A stretch of DNA of 64,000 nt from an uncultured delta proteobacterium (GTDB lineage: Bacteria > Desulfobacterota > Desulfobacteria > Desulfobacterales > CAWDIC01). The stretch spans positions 11,889 to 75,888 of the forward strand of contig CAWDIC010000006.1 of NCBI GenBank assembly GCA_963802265.1. The letters are read 5' to 3'. Positions 63,410 to 64,000 of the stretch are shown here, one piece after another. The notes below the pieces were generated by a model that made no database searches, was not told the origin of the DNA, and saw only the letters and a list, made by a program, of their open reading frames with translations. Positions within the stretch are counted from its first letter, which is position 1; each line of letters begins with the position of its first letter. Made by a program: the position numbers and the translations under genes.

Positions 63410-64000
63410 GCTTTCCTCATTTGCAGCCGCTGTCGCATGTCCGGATCGTACAGAAACGTCAGGGGCGTCAGACCGCGCGCGATGGTCGGCAGCGGATCAC
63501 GCAGGGAGAGAATGTCGTAAACCGTGTCCGCACGCCAGAACTTGAAAAAGGGCGGCTGCAGCCGGGCGCGGTGGGGATTGTCAATAAAATGAAGCAGATC
63601 GCCAGGAAGCAGCCAGCGACACTTTTTCCCGATTTCATACCGCTCAACCGGTTTGAACGTTTCACCGCGAGCCATCCTCAGCAGCAAATAGGGAAAATTG
63701 ACGCCCGCTTCGATTGCCAGTGCCAGGGAACCCCAGAAACGGGGGTTGATCTCCATCAACCGGGGTGTGCCGTCGCGCGGATCAATTTTGAACTCGACCA
63801 TGGCGACCCCAAACCAGTTGAGTGCTTTTAACAGCGTTTCGCCCATGTCCCGCAGGGTATCATGGCGCACGCTTTCGCGCAATGTACTGGCGCCGCCGGA
63901 GACGGGGTATTCTCGGAGGCGTTTGTGCACAAAGGCGGCTTTGACGGTACTGTTTTCGTCCATCAAGAAGGAAGCGCCATACCCGGCGCCTGCGGTTGGG
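63406..64000 (-). CDS. ATP-grasp family ligase (C-terminal part; gene runs off the window)
   Basis: GVAMVEFKIDPRDGTPRLMEINPRFWGSLALAIEAGVNFPYLL is an ATP-grasp C-domain. The frame stays open to position 64000. Confidence 0.75.
   Translation of the reverse strand, partial: PTAGAGYGASFLMDENSTVKAAFVHKRLREYPVSGGASTLRESVRHDTLRDMGETLLKALNWFGVAMVEFKIDPRDGTPRLMEINPRFWGSLALAIEAGVNFPYLLLRMARGETFKPVERYEIGKKCRWLLPGDLLHFIDNPHRARLQPPFFKFWRADTVYDILSLRDPLPTIARGLTPLTFLYDPDMRQRLQMRKA

Noticed and set aside
7029-64000. The window might show massive pseudogenisation or genome decay, as in an endosymbiont-like reductive genome.
   Set aside because: Apart from single-base shifts, the broken genes keep full-length, motif-perfect sequence. 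They include indispensable functions. Traceable breaks fall in short homopolymers, and there are no large deletions or IS elements. Consensus error explains this far better.

Overview
This is a 64-kb chromosomal segment. Gene content points to a sulfate-reducing Desulfobacterota (Desulfobacterales-like) genome, an inference resting mainly on a qrcABCD-type cytochrome c / molybdopterin-family / FeS / NrfD operon. I can support about 60 protein genes, 2 tRNAs, several intrinsic terminators and two small repeat families. I see no rRNA, CRISPR array, integrase, transposase or prophage genes. Main blocks in order: a divergent glutamine-synthetase-like gene next to a KamA-family aminomutase; an Mla-like lipid ABC operon ending in a small K+ channel; a Kef-type antiporter; tRNA-Asn with two tRNA-derived tandem units; housekeeping genes (EF-G paralog, parAB, IspH fusion, PlsY, PpiD, UvrD-like helicase, MurA, ComEC); a gldA/F/G-like ABC operon; the qrc-like operon; a MinD-like ATPase with a J-like/HTH partner; three secreted envelope proteins; and a 12-kb lipid acylation/export cluster that runs off the 3' end. 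Quality caveat: from about 7 kb onward, roughly 30 genes are split over two to five reading frames by single-base indels. These include essential genes (EF-G, MurA, ParA). Several breaks sit in homopolymers. I read this as consensus error from a draft or long-read assembly, not pseudogenisation. Such genes are reported as one merged CDS with approximate internal joins. The leads most worth follow-up are the lipid cluster (52.5-64 kb), the in-frame IspH-UbiA fusion, the tRNA-Asn-derived leader units, the secreted CsgG/LPP20/HEAT trio, and a roughly 200-nt palindromic repeat family. All family assignments come from motif recognition by eye; no database search was possible.
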